A stretch of 64,000 nt of DNA from Camelus ferus (Eukaryota), in contig NC_045729.1 of assembly GCF_009834535.1 (NCBI RefSeq), positions 3,906,001-3,970,000 on the forward strand, written 5' to 3'. The notes below the pieces were generated by a model. That model saw nothing but the letters and a program-made list of their open reading frames with translations. It searched no databases and had not been told where the DNA came from. Positions 48,501 to 60,933 of this stretch are shown here, piece after piece; the stretch's first letter is position 1, and the number at the start of each line of letters is the position of its first letter. Made by a program: the position numbers and the translations under genes.

Positions 48501-51039
48501 AACTACCCAGGGGTCACCAGTCCAGTGGGGTCAGGAGTGTCACAGGAGTAGAAGTCAGGGGAAAACAAGGACCTGCTCGGCGTCTGCATCTTACTATAGA
48601 GATTTGGGTTCAGAGCATTAAAAAGAAAAAGTAGCCGATGTACCCTCTATGAATAACTCAACGTAAAAGTCACACTACTTCTTAGTGTTTTATAGCTTTT
48701 TATACATTGTCTCATCTGATGCTCACAGCTGGTATTACCATCTCAAGTTTTTGCCTGGGTAAGTGACTAGCTCATCAATGTTGGGCTCAGATTGCCAGAT
48801 TCCTGTTTCAGGGTTTTTTTCCCATGGCAATTTGTCTATATATTTCTCCAGGTTTGTGTATGAAGCCCCAAAATCTTGCCTCCCTCCTTCTGCCTCCCTG
48901 GTTCCCACCTTCCTACTACAGACCTTTATCTCATGGGAACAAGGAATACCAATGGCCTTGGGTCCTGAACAGGGTCACAAATCACCATCAGAGCTGTCCC
49001 TCTCTCTCAGCGACTTGACACTCCAGACTCTTTGTTGACAGAGACCACAGCTTTTGAAGCACGGCTGACAGGAGGCTAATGGGATCAAGTTATAGGACTA
49101 CCAGTGTTCAGTGTCTGTGACTAACCTGGTTCGTGTGAGTTGCATCCACAAGATGGGGGAAAAGAAGAAAAAGCTTTCAACTTCAAGCTCACCAATTTCT
49201 CAGACTCGGTCATCATTCTCAGAAAAGCCTTCCAACCCTGGTCAGGAGGTTTTGCCACTGTCATTTGAGGCACTTGGTGGATTTTACTCCTGCCAAGTTG
49301 GCATTCTGCTTCTGCAATACAAAAACGCTGGGGACTAAAGAGATCAGGTGGGGATGTTCAAGTTTTCAGGAACAGACGCAAGCCTCTCTCTCTGCCTCAG
49401 GTGGATGTATTACAGTTTGTAGGAGGCCTAATGAGAGCTAATTACTCTATCTGCCCATAAGTCAGCCAGCTGCAACAAGAAATGCTTGGTAAAACTTGCT
49501 GGGTTCTCAGGCTTTGTTCAAAGGGCCGGTGCCAAAATAGTTTGGCTGAAGTGATTGGCACAGAGCTGCCCAAGTGGATTGTCGTCTCAGGATCACAAAG
49601 CCTGGTCTTTTAAGTCCTTTGTATCCTGTGAATCAGTAGACACGGCAACACCAATTTCATTCTTCCAGACTGAATCTACCCTCTTCACCATTATCACCAC
49701 TACTGCCTCTGCACCCAAATATCCACTTTGGCTGCAAATTAAGAAATCAAAACAGTCGGCCCGGAATTTTAGGAAAACAATTGCCTGCTGACCATTAGAA
49801 TTGGGTGTGGTATTTTACAATGTACTTACACTCTGTTTGCAACAGTCACAAGATTTGGCCAACAGGTCCCTCACTTTGATCCTTGAACTCGGGGCATAAA
49901 AGGGAACTTAGGAATCATGTAAATTTCACTTAATCACTGATCCTTAACTGTATCCATGCTTTACGTAGAGCATATACATATGGCACTAATTATATAAAAA
50001 TGCAACTCTTAAGTTACGCATTTATTATAAATTATATTTTAAAAGGCTTTCCCATCTTTGTCTCTCAGTTACTACTAAAGAGGGGACAGGGAATGGAAAA
50101 ACCATAGAGCAACGGGTCTAAATTTCCCAGAAGAGTAACAAGAGCATTCGTTATTAACCCAATAAAGCCCTATCTTCATTAACCTTTCCCCTGTTTCACT
50201 ACTAAGTTGATGTATTGTTGAAAATGCAACCATGGCTTCAGGGACAAAAAAATAAGAAGGTCCAAGGCATATTTTAAAGATTCCCAAAGGGTATCTTTTA
50301 CTCCACAGAAACAAGACTGCACTGGATTATAGTATAATTCTAAGATGACATTTATAATTACTTGACTCTATTAAAATGGAAAAGTCTGAATAAAAATATA
50401 GTAGAGGTCAAATGGCAAGACAACCCTCATGCTGAAATTCTTCAGGCAGAAATAACATTAGCGAAGTTTTTTTTAGAGTGGTTAACAAGGTCTAGCACAA
50501 GGGTCAGTCAGATCTAACCCAACTTTTAGATGGTATGAAAAATGAAGATTTATTTAACAATTCTTCTCCTGAGTTATTTAGTCTTTTCTCATGATTTTCT
50601 ACAACTTTTTTTTAAAGGCTGTTCTATTACCTGTATGTTTCTGATACATGGGCAAGACACAACTCCATGAATAACGCCAAAATTCTCAACTATGTGTAAA
50701 GGAATGACTGCTACTGCCCTTCCAAAGAGCTGTCTGGGCTTTTTACATAAACACACAGACAAAACATGTTTCATTTTGGCTCTGAGTATAGTCCTAAACT
50801 GGAGGGTCATCATGAAATTCTCCAAGCAGAAGGATTTCAGACTAGTCGGTGATTTATCCACACCAGGAAAGAAAATCTATCAAACGAGAAAGTAAGCAGG
50901 GCAGACAAAGAAACGTTTCTTGCACTTAACCATGAATTACAATTACTAAAATTTCGCAAGTCTGAGCAGGTTTACCAACCATTCTGAATTTCTTAAACAA
51001 AAAAGAGTAGCAGTATATTCCACTTTGAGACCAGGAAAC

Positions 51040-51500
51040 AATTGTTACTGAGCTCCCGCAGTGAATGGGTGAGATACTGTGCTAGACATCTTGCACGTAC
51101 TACCTCAGTTTAACCTAATATTTCTACAAGATAGACACTATTGTTCCCATTTTAGAGGTGAGAAAACCAAGTCACAATGCTAAGACATGACTCCCTTGGG
51201 ATTCCATCCAAGCTATGCCTGACACCAAAACCTAAAACAGCTACTACTACCCTTTGCCCAGTAGCATCGCCAAGAAATTATAACCAGAAATTACAATGAT
51301 GGAATTGTTTCATAAGCAGAGAGGATTAGTTCTGGAGTCAGAAGATTCAGATTTTAATTATGCTTCTATTGAGTGGTGATTTCCTCCAAATTAATGGAGA
51401 TGAAAATAGTACTTAACCTCATAAAGTTGAGGTGAGAAGCATATAAAAAAAGCCCGAGTGAAAGGGCTTTGCAAAACAGGTGAGCCCTGGTTGTAATTGT
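51040..51500. mobile_element. Two MIRs (minus at about 51040-51250, plus at about 51320-51500)
   Basis: ttactgagctcc...cccattttagaggtgagaaaaccaag; ttctggagtcagaagattcag...aatggagatgaaaatagtacttaacctcataaagttg. Confidence 0.7.
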
Positions 51501-52069
51501 TACCTCCCTCTTAGGGCTTCAGCTAATACAGCTGGTGACCAGCCGGTGAACAGGGCTGCGGGCTCCTGTCGGAGTCCAGCCACAGGGCAGGGAGCCACCA
51601 CCACCCAGTCTGGAGCCCAAGAGAATGGAACTTGATGGGGCCCTGCTCTCGGCTCAGTCTACCTACTCCTGCACTAAACAAATAAATTGTCGTGGGCCAA
51701 CTCAGTGCCGAGCACAGCCACAGTCTGCTCAACCAGCTTGGGGATCTCTAGGGGATGTCCCTGCCTGCAGTAAGCTCACTTCCACCCTGAGAGAAAGGAA
51801 ATCAAAAACAAAACCAAATAGATGAGCCCAACAAGAACCTCAGTTTTCCCTATTCTCTCTTTTTCTCTCTCTCACACACACATACACACACACATACATG
51901 TGTCCATGCATAACGGGTGCCCATATGAGACTAAACACTTTTATCCTCATTAGGAAACTCTGTAACAGTCTATTTGAAAATAATTTTAAACACTGATGAC
52001 TCAACATAGTGACTTCAGAGCAGAAAGGGTTCATATGAGTATAGACCAAGGAAGGCTGAAGACCCCAGG

Positions 52070-53330
52070 TGGGAAAGAAAATCAACAGGTTTGACTACAT
52101 AAAATTTTAAACTTCTGCATCACTGAAAACAAATTTTTAAACATTACAAAGGAAAAAAACGACTAGGTGAAAATATCTGCCATAACTATGAGAAAGGGTT
52201 ACTAGGGTTTATGACAAATAAGAAACACAGATGGGGAAAGTACATGAACAGTTTGTTAAACAGGAAATATAGCCAAAGGTCATAGACACATTTGAGTTCA
52301 TGACTAACAAATAAAAAAGAAAAACAAATACCTTTTCTCCTAGAAAGTTATCAAATGTTATTAAAATGGGAATTATCACTCTGCTAATGGCAGCAAAAAT
52401 TAGTAGAAAATTTTTGGCAACTACTACAATATCAATCAAGATACTCAGGCACTGTGACCCACACCCTTTGGTTCTCCTTCTGGTCATTTCCTGTAAAGAT
52501 GGGAATGATCTGAAATGATCTGAAATTGCATAAAGATGCTCATCAAAAGTTGAAAACAGGCTGTAAGTTCTGTAATGGGATTAAATAAATCATCAAAATA
52601 CCCATAGATGGAATATCTTACAGTCCTTAGAAATAATACTTAGAGATATTGTGGTAGTGTGAGGAAATGCAAATAAAACAATGTTGAACAAAAATAAAGG
52701 AGGACCTGGAGATCGTCATTCCAAGTGAAGTAAGCCAGAAAGAGAAAGAAAAATACCATATGATATCACTTACATGTGGAATCTAATAGAAGAAAAAAAA
52801 AAAAAAAAGACACAAATGAACTTATCTACAAAACAGAAACAGATTCAGACATAGTAAACAAACTTATGGTTACCAGAGAGGGGAAAAGGGGTGGAAGGGG
52901 ATAAATTGGGAGTTTGAGATTTGAAAATATTAAAACATACATCTAATAAATAAAAATAAAATAAACTATATATAAAATAAACAAGTTTCTTCTGTATAGC
53001 ACAGGGAACTATATTCAATATCTTATAGTAACCTATAATGAAAAAGCATGTGAAAATGAATTTATTCATGCATATGTATGACTGAGGCACTGTGCTATAC
53101 ACCAGAAATTGACACACATTGTCAACTGCCCAGACTTCAATTAAAAAAAAAATTAAATAAAGGACACAAAATTAGAGTATTTCAAATATGGAATAAAATA
53201 TGAATGGAAAAAATGGAAGGAAACACCAACAGTAGTTGTACCTTTGTGTGGCAGTATTATTGAGGATTTTAACTGTGTCTTTGTTTTTTTCTATACTACT
53301 CAAATCTTCTAGAAGGTGCATATATCACTT
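52070..53330 (+). mobile_element. Ancient L1M ORF2/3' UTR fragments hosting younger L1s
   Basis: tttgactacataaaattttaaacttctgcatc...; 3' end aacaccaacagtagttgtacc...ttctatactactcaaatcttct. Confidence 0.7.
52702..53154 (+). mobile_element. Young camelid-type L1 3' UTR
   Basis: ggacctggagatcgtcattccaagtgaagtaagccag...gggataaattgggagtttgagatttg...accagaaattgacac; perfect 10-bp TSD aaataaagga (52692-52701, 53155-53164). Confidence 0.96.
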
Positions 53331-53331
53331 T

Positions 53332-53453
53332 TTTTTAAATTATTTTTTACAGTATTTTTTAAGAATAATTATTTTTTTCCTTTTTCAGTTTTATTAGGTA
53401 GAATTATTACAGTTTGACTGCACATATACATTATATTACATGTAAATACGTAT
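53332..53453 (-). mobile_element. Short old L1MB/MC-type 3' tail
   Basis: Minus strand tatatgtgcagtc...aattctacctAATAAAactg plus A-rich tail; 13-bp TSD catatatcacttt (53319-53331) / catatattacttt (53454-53466). Confidence 0.7.
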
Positions 53454-54121
53454 CATATATTACTTTAATAATTATGAAAAATTTAAACAACAGTCTCAAC
53501 TTCAAATCCACACACACACACACAAAAACAAACAGTAAGTGGAAGTCCAACAGCTAAGTCACTCTTACAAATACCAAAACACTGGGCAGTAGGCAGGTAA
53601 GGCAGCTAAGTAGTGGGAAAGCAGCTTTGTTTTAAATCTAGGGCTACAGAAACAATAGGCTTCTTGATGTGAAAACAAACTTTTCATGTCCCACTTATCA
53701 AAACATATTTTGGAAATTCACTAACCAAAACATTTTCCATCAGAGGATTTAAAGCCACACACCAAAATTATCTCCACAGAACAAACCAGTTCAGCAAGCA
53801 GGAAGTTTACCAGGAACACCCTAAAAATTAGTAATTGTTTTCGCAGCTTTGATACATCCACACCAGCCCTTGTTAGTACACAGTGTAACACACACGCTCT
53901 TCTCCAGTGAGTCTGTCACTTCTGAGCAGGAGAGCATGAAATCTTTAACATAAGGCTTTTCCTCAGCAAGAATCACAGATGTTGCTGAAATTAAGCTTTT
54001 GAGGGTTTGCCCTTTCAAAAGCGGATTTTGCAGTCTTTGAATTGGCTTTCTTAGAGCAATAGTTAACTATGACAAACTCTCTGCGTTCATTATCTTGTTT
54101 CATCTTCAAGACCCCATAAGG

Positions 54122-54343
54122 CAGAATTTCTCAACCTCAGCGGCATTGACTTTTGGGGCCAGGTATTTCTTCGTCATCGGGTTGGGGAGGGCGCTGTCCC
54201 GGGCATCGTTATTCAGCATCGTCCCCGGACTCTTCTTACTAAAAGTCAGTCTTCCCTCCAGCCCCAGCTGTGACACCAGAAGTGTTTTCTGACATGGCCA
54301 AATGACTCCTACAGGGCAAAGTCACCCCGGCTTAAAACCACCG
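54122..54343 (-). mobile_element. MER20 (hAT-Charlie)
   Basis: cagaatttctcaacctcagcggcattgacttttggggcc...cagctgtgacaccagaagtgttttctgacatggccaaatg. Confidence 0.9.
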
Positions 54344-54443
54344 CTACAAATTACATACTGTTACTGTCCCCAATTTACAAATGAGGAAACTGAGACACAG
54401 GTATATGTCCATCTAAATCCACAGCCCAAGATCAAAAACTCTA

Positions 54444-54566
54444 GGAGGTAAGGTATAGCTCAGTGGTAGAGTGAGTGCTTAGGGTGTACGAGGTCCAGGG
54501 TTCAATCCCCAGTACCTCCATTAAAATCAGTCAAATTACTGCGCTGCCCCCCATCCCCCACAAAAT
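54444..54566 (+). mobile_element. Camelid tRNA-Ala-derived SINE
   Basis: ggtatagctcagtggtagagtgagtgcttagg...gggttcaatccccagtacctcc; perfect 15-bp TSD agatcaaaaactcta (54429-54443, 54567-54581). Confidence 0.96.
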
Positions 54567-56120
54567 AGATCAAAAACTCTATCCTGTCTTTGTGCACAGG
54601 TCAGAGGCCTATCTCCTCTGCACCCTCATGGAGCCTCGTCTAGGATTCAGTGCATATTGGCCAAATGAATGAATCTTGTCACATAAACACTTACTGAGTC
54701 CCTGCTGGGCAGCAGGGCCCAGCAGCACAGGTAGTCATGGCTCCAACAATTTACAATCTATTTGAAGAAATCAGATAACCAGACATAAGCCATTTGGAGC
54801 ATCAGTTTTAGAGAAAACCCTCAGGTTCCTCATCTGTAAAATGGAGATGACACCACTGCCACCCTCGTAATTGAGACAGTGTTGGCAAAGCTCCTATCAC
54901 AAAGTACAACTTCAGAAACCAACTAGATACCAATGGCAAGGAAATAAACAGGCACGGGCATTGGAAGGATCACGGCATTTCAAAATCACTGGGCTGGAAG
55001 GAACCTTCAAAATCAACCTGAACTCACCACCCACTTGGTACTCGAGCATTTAAAACTCAAAAAATGTAATTACCTGCTTCCAGCAGAGTTTTCAGGCTGA
55101 GCTCAGACAGATGCTCTCAGCAAGGGTCCCCTGGTAAACTGCTTTAAGGGCGGGGCTGGAGGAAAGAGGAGGGTTTAAGCCAAGAGACAATCAATAGGAA
55201 AAGGAGAAAAGTGAGCAGCCTTAAAGCAGTCCAGGGGGGGACAGAGCCTGGGCCTGAGCACAGGCGGGCAGGGAAGACGAGCTTGGAGAAAGAGGTCAAG
55301 ATCAGATGAGGTCACAAGCGACACAGTGACATCACAGTGACACAGTGGTGACACAGGCCAGGTGAGACCTAGGAAACATTTCTCCCAAAAAAGCAATCAA
55401 GGGCTTTAAAAAAAAAAAAAAAGGCTGTTACAAAGCATACACCCAATTTACATCATCAAGTTGGAGAAATTAACTTCTCAGACTAAAAGCTCAGCATTCC
55501 GTTCCAATTGCTCCACAGCATCCCTGAGAACCACAGGCAAACACATGCTTCAGATCTACAAATGCGAAGATTTTGTCAGAAAAAAGGAGACCGTCATCCT
55601 GCCCATGTCCGCAGGTCCTCCTGGTCTCTAGGGCACCAGCACAGAACAAGGAAACTAGCACCCAGAGTCTTATCCTTTTTAATTCTGAATTTCAATTGGT
55701 GAATTCTCCCAAAATTCAACTATTGCCGTAAGTTTCTTAAAATACTTTGTGATTCAAACCAAAGCTGTCTCCATGTAGTCTCCCTCCAGGCCCATCCGTA
55801 TGAGGACTCTGCTCTAAGCTGTCCCCCCAGGCCAAAGAAAGGACCAGAAGGACCAGGCAGGGTGGCCTTGTACCAAAGTCTTTATGGGGAAAATTTGCCT
55901 GACGATGAGGTGCAGAATACAGGGAACAGACTAACTGCAGGGTTTACATCAGAGATGATGGAGGGTGTAAACCAAGGCACTGGTGGAGGGGATGGAGAGT
56001 GAGTCCAAAAAATACTTGAAAGGCAAAAATGACAGTGCTAATAGCCAGGAAGGGGGTCTCTAGGATACCAGACACAAACCTGACCCACTATAAACTTTGA
56101 TCCTTGAGACTTTAAGATCA

Positions 56121-56223
56121 AAATAATATATGTATGTACATGTATGACTGAAACACTATGTTGTACACCAGAAACTGACACAACATTGTAAACTGACTAT
56201 ACTACAATTAAAAAAAAAAAATA
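56121..56223 (+). mobile_element. Short young L1 3' tail
   Basis: atgactgaaacactatgttgtacaccagaaactgacacaacattgtaaactgactatac plus poly-A; TSD aagatca (56114-56120, 56224-56230). Confidence 0.93.
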
Positions 56224-56274
56224 AAGATCAGAGGATAGCTCAGGCTTAAAAGTGAGCTTTTGACTTCTAAGAAC

Positions 56275-57269
56275 CAGAGCCATCTTTGCGGACTTGTAAA
56301 CTGCTGTCACATATAGAACCCTCTGCTCAGAAAGGCCCCGCACCTGGTTTAATGCTCTGCTGCCCTCATCGTCGAGAGTCCTAATAATTTGCATTTTGAA
56401 CTTGTGTTTTGCCAATGAGATCTAATGGCACAATGGAGCGTGCACGTGAGCAGAGGAGATCTGTTCTGCATGCGTGGCCAACATTCCTTGCCACCCCATT
56501 CACACGTGGTGTTTGCAATGCCCGGCAAGCACAGAATTTCAGAATTCCAGCAGACTTGTGATGCATGGAGTTCTGCAAGACTCCAAATGAGTTCAAGGTA
56601 AGTATGTTACAAATACAACTGAGTAAGCGGGTGGGAGGGTGATGACAGCTCCAAGTTTTCCATTCGAACCAGAACTTGCTGTACATGCAGAAACAAGGCA
56701 GTGTCTTTCTAAGAAACACAAACAACCAAGGAATCCTTACATATCCTCTTGCTCCTCTGTATTAACCAACACTTACCCTGAAAATGATGGCACAGATGGA
56801 AAGGGGAAATAGAACAACTCACAGCTCTTGGTCCTTTCAGTCCTTCCCTCACTTAAGCGAAGGATGACAGACTGGGCACCGTTCGAGAAGTGACATAAGG
56901 CTAGTGAGTTAGCTGTGTGCAGTGTTTCCTCTGTTCCAGGAAGAAAGATACACAACTGCATTTACAAACTACTACGAAGTGTGTGATTTTAGTAATCCTG
57001 CAAGTGTTAAATCCTCTTATACTTGCACTTAACACGGACATTGCACAATATAAAGATACACAACAAAATCCATGCTGAGTTTTAATTTTCCTTCACTTGG
57101 AATGACATTAAACAGTGAATAAACACCATGATGAGTGAAGAGAGAACTACAGAAGAAAAGGAAAAGCTCTGCACGTTAGTACCTTTAACAGTGCTTTTTC
57201 CTGCTTTTGAACAAGGGGTCACACGTTTTCATCTTACGCTGGGCTCCACAAATCGTGCAGCTGGCCGCA
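56275..57269 (+). mobile_element. MER45B-like hAT-Tip100 element, near full length (about 1 kb)
   Basis: Matches remembered MER45 ends (gctcagaaaggccccgcacctggtttaatgctctgctg; ttgaacaaggggtcacacgttttcatcttacgctgggctccacaaat) and interior; degenerate 8-bp TSD ctaagaac / ccgaggac. Confidence 0.85.
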
Positions 57270-57999
57270 CCGAGGACCAGTGAACTCAAGAATATTATGC
57301 CCATCTAAATACGCTGCCCACACTTGGGTACGATTTTACTGATGTGGCTCAAGGTAACCCTCAAAACTCCTACCTATGGATGGATGGAAGTGGTGCTGAT
57401 TTTTTGTACCACTTTCTTAATTATCAGACTGCTTCAGCCCTTTTCCCATCTCATTCATGTCATTACATCAACAAATCTGCTGAAACACCACGACCCAATG
57501 TCTCCTCAGATAAAGATCCTTCTAGAAATAATTAGTTTAACTGAAGGTTAAAAAAAGACCTCACCAGGAGCAGCATGTAATGCGGAGGGCTCTCTGCTGG
57601 ACACATCCCCCCTACAGAGTATTTCCTGGTGCACTGGTGGTTTGGTTTTAACCAAACCCAGGCTGTGGTTCCAGAACCAGGCTGTTTCTCGTCACTCAGA
57701 GCACTCAGGTTTCCCCTGGGAGGTTGCTCTGCGAACCAGTCTGGTGTCTAAAACTTCCTCCCTCAAATACAGTCAGGTTTTCCTTTGTCTCATTTCACCC
57801 TCCTCTTCTTCTTTTGCACCACTACTTTCCACTTCAGTAAATGGATTTCCTGCCCGGAGACACATCCTGGCAAAAGTGTCAGTTTGCATTGTTTAGATGA
57901 GAGACTTCTGTCATTCTTTCAAATTTTTCCTCTGTCCCCATCAGCCCGAGAGCCAGCCTCTCAGGAGCCTGAGTTACTTGTCTACGAATTTCCTTTCAC

Positions 58000-58740
58000 T
58001 GCCTCCTATTAAACTGAAAAGAAAATAGACTGCCTGCAGTGAACTCACTCAACTCTTATCTCTTCCAATCACATTTAGTTTTTCAATTCGCCCCCATCCT
58101 TGCTTTCATTCCCTCTGAAGAAGCACGCTGATGACCTGTCCCGGTCCTCCTCGCCAGACCCTGCACTCCTTCCTCACTCTCTTTAGCTGCTCTCATACCA
58201 GCCTCTCTGCCTGCACCGTCCCCAAACCCGCTGTCAGAGCGTGTCTCCCCCTGTTCAACTCCTTGATAGGCAGGGCTAACGGGACCACCTGCGGTTCATC
58301 ACCTGCCCTGCAGTCCTCAGTTTCTGCACTCTGCATTCTGCCTCTACTGTGCTGCTGAAACTGCTCTCCCAGTTCACGGATGTCCTGGCGGCTGCCATTT
58401 CTCAAACCATCCCTATAACGGGTCTGCTGCATTGGATGGCGTGGCCAGTCCACTGTGTTGGGTGCACAACATCCCTGTGCACCACCACCCTCCACCTCTC
58501 TGGTCGCTCCTGCTCTAACCCCTGTAATGGCTTTCTTTGGCCTGACCGTGTCCACGTGTCAAGGGTTCCCTGAAGGCTGTGGACTTGCTTCTCTTTTGAT
58601 TCTACGTCCTCTTCTTTGGCAAGTTCAGCTACTCTTAGTCCTGAAGCAGCAGCCGTATGGAGATGGTCCAACCCTCCAGGGTTTTGACTGAAACTCCAAA
58701 CCTGAATTTCTAAATTCCTGCTTCACACCTTCATATGAAT
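58000..58740 (+). mobile_element. L2 ORF2 (reverse transcriptase) relic
   Basis: ETAL at 58357-58368; GFPEG...YGDG in ORF 58455-58691 at the spacing of L2 RT GVPQG...YADD. Confidence 0.75.
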
Positions 58741-58794
58741 AAAATCAACAAACAGTTCCTGATAGCTTCTAACAGGCCAAGTACAGAACTAAGC

Positions 58795-59055
58795 CAGTGG
58801 CAGGAATATGAAGAGGCTGAGGATATTGACCCAGGAGACTGAATGTAAGTGCATCTAAATCCCGAGTCCAATACACACAATCTGTGTGACCTCAGGAAAT
58901 TCCCTTAGCCTCTCTGTGCCTCAGATTTCTCATCTATAAGAATAAGAACAGGACCTTTCCTCAGGGCTGATGTAGGGATTAAATCTAAGTTAAAACAGGT
59001 AAGACACTTAGATGAGTGCTTGGTACATACCAAGTGCTAGGTAAACATTATTACC
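58795..59055 (+). mobile_element. Near full-length MIR
   Basis: ctgtgtgacctcaggaaattcccttagcctctctgtgcctcagatttctcatctataag. Confidence 0.9.
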
Positions 59056-59669
59056 GTTGTTGCTGTTATTCTCCTAAAAACCTAATGAGACAGGTTCTAT
59101 CATTTTATGCATTTACACAATGAGAAAATGAAGGTAGGTTATTGTGGGTCATGATGGAATCTCAAACTTCAAATCTTAATTCATCATATTTCTCATTAAA
59201 ATTCAAGCTGTGTACCTTTCTTAAGGTGGTCCTACCCCTCCCCACTGCCCTCACCACACATACCCTCCTAACAACCAACATACTACTTCAAGAGTCATTT
59301 CTATAAAGTGATAGTTCTCACATCCCTCCCCACTTTACACACAAAAATTCTCATTTTAAAGCATAGTCTTGTCACTCTCTTTAAAACCCTTTAAGATCTA
59401 ACTAGAGAATATCTTACTCCTTTTAACAATATCGCTCTATCTTACCTTTCTCTTAAAACTAATTTCACCATATTCTACCTTTTGCTCCAAACCCAAGTGT
59501 GCTCCTCTCCCCGCCCTGCCTCCTCAAAATCTCCTATTCATCCTTCACGGCCCATTCAAACCCCACCTCCTCCAGTGGGATCCCATTAAACACAACCCTT
59601 TGCTCAAGTTCACTGCATGATTTACTAATTCATCATACAATCTTCTAACACCACCAAAAGGCCCAACAA

Positions 59670-59960
59670 ATTGATTTTTTAAACTTTCATACTTTTTACA
59701 TTTCAAGAGTAATGCATGAATGTTGTAAAATGGACATTAATATGCTATAAAAATAAATCAAAGGCCCCTCATCTTCCCTGCCATCCTCATCTCATCCCCC
59801 ACAAATCACCCCAATTAGCAATTTTTCATGCATTGACCAGTATAAACTACACACATGTGTGGCTGGTTACTTTTTTTCTTAAAATATATATCACAGACAT
59901 CTGTTTAAGTCAGTATATTTCCCCCAACTTTTTAACAGCTAAGTAGTATTCTAAATCTGT
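59670..59960 (-). mobile_element. Ancient L1ME 3' fragment
   Basis: tttcaagagtaatgcatgaatgttgtaaaa...aaaatcaaaggcccctcatcttccc...atttcccccaactttttaacagctaagtagtattc. Confidence 0.65.
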
Positions 59961-60189
59961 TCTTCATTATGGTTATGTATAAGGGGGGGGAGTCATATAT
60001 AAGGGTGGGGGGGAGTCATCCCTTTTCTGCCCCCACCTCCTGTATATGAATATTCTTAAGGGTAAAAACCATGTTTTATTTGTCCTTAGATCTCCAAGAG
60101 GACTTTGTACCAAGGGCAAGAATTGCTTCACAAATGTTCAATGAAATAGTAACAGTATCTGTCCTCAATCCAGAGTTAATGGTGTGCTG

Positions 60190-60870
60190 GGGAAACAGCT
60201 GTTAATGCTTCACCTATATTATCACACGTAATCCTTATAACTTGCCCAAGTATCCCCATTTCACAGAAGACAAAATCACACAGCTCGTAAGGTTAAGAGA
60301 CTCTAATCTACATTTGTCTGACTCCAGAGCCTGCTCCATACATCAACTCTATGTTTATAGGTAATTAAACTGTCAAAAGAACACACTCTGCTTTTTCAGC
60401 CAAAGTTGGAGAACAGACGAGCTCCAAGTAATCCAGTGTAGGCAGGTGGGACTGAGGATAAGAGATGGGTGCTGCAACCAGCAGGGGGTAGATGGAGGCA
60501 AGTGGTTGCAGCCATGAGGCTAATCCACCATTCAGTCATTCAGTCTGTGTCTGCGGAGAACCTTCCAGACGATGAACTGCCAGCCTACCCTTCTTCAGTC
60601 TCATCACCACACTCCCCTTCAGTAAAAGCTGCCACCACGTGTTGAAAATCTATGTACCAAATGTTTCGTTACTATTCCTGTTAATAATTTCTAATGCTTG
60701 CCAACACTGACAAAAACACTATGAGAAAATTATCAGGACCACCACTTTACATAGGGGAAAACTGAGACGCAAAGAAGTTAAATTACTGGCCAAGATTAGA
60801 CTATAATGAACAAAGCCAAGATTCAAGCTGAGGGTCTTAGGCCTCCAAAGTCTGACCCCTCTTTTTTTTT
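60190..60870 (-). mobile_element. Two MIR fragments (about 60190-60340 and 60670-60870)
   Basis: tatccccatttcacagaagacaaaa...gtctgactccagagcc; actttacataggggaaaactgagacgcaaagaagttaaattac. Confidence 0.7.
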
Positions 60871-60933
60871 TCTGTCATACAGACGTTGCCTTTTAATCCT
60901 GTAAGTAAAGACGAACTCTGACTTTTTTTAAAA

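Noticed and set aside
53332-53453. Retroposed mRNA 3' end (AATAAA, A tail, TSD)
   Set aside because: The sequence before AATAAA (atatgtgcagt...tacct.aataaaactg) fits an L1MB/MC terminus better than a cellular mRNA.
56580-56935. Strong donors (plus AAG|gtaagt near 56588; minus AGG|gtaagt near 56778) and E-boxes as gene exons or enhancer
   Set aside because: They fall inside the MER45B-like element and, as I recall, are present in its consensus.
60478-60491. CTCF-like motif ccagcagggggtag
   Set aside because: T at the strongly conserved C position; a single motif with no other support.
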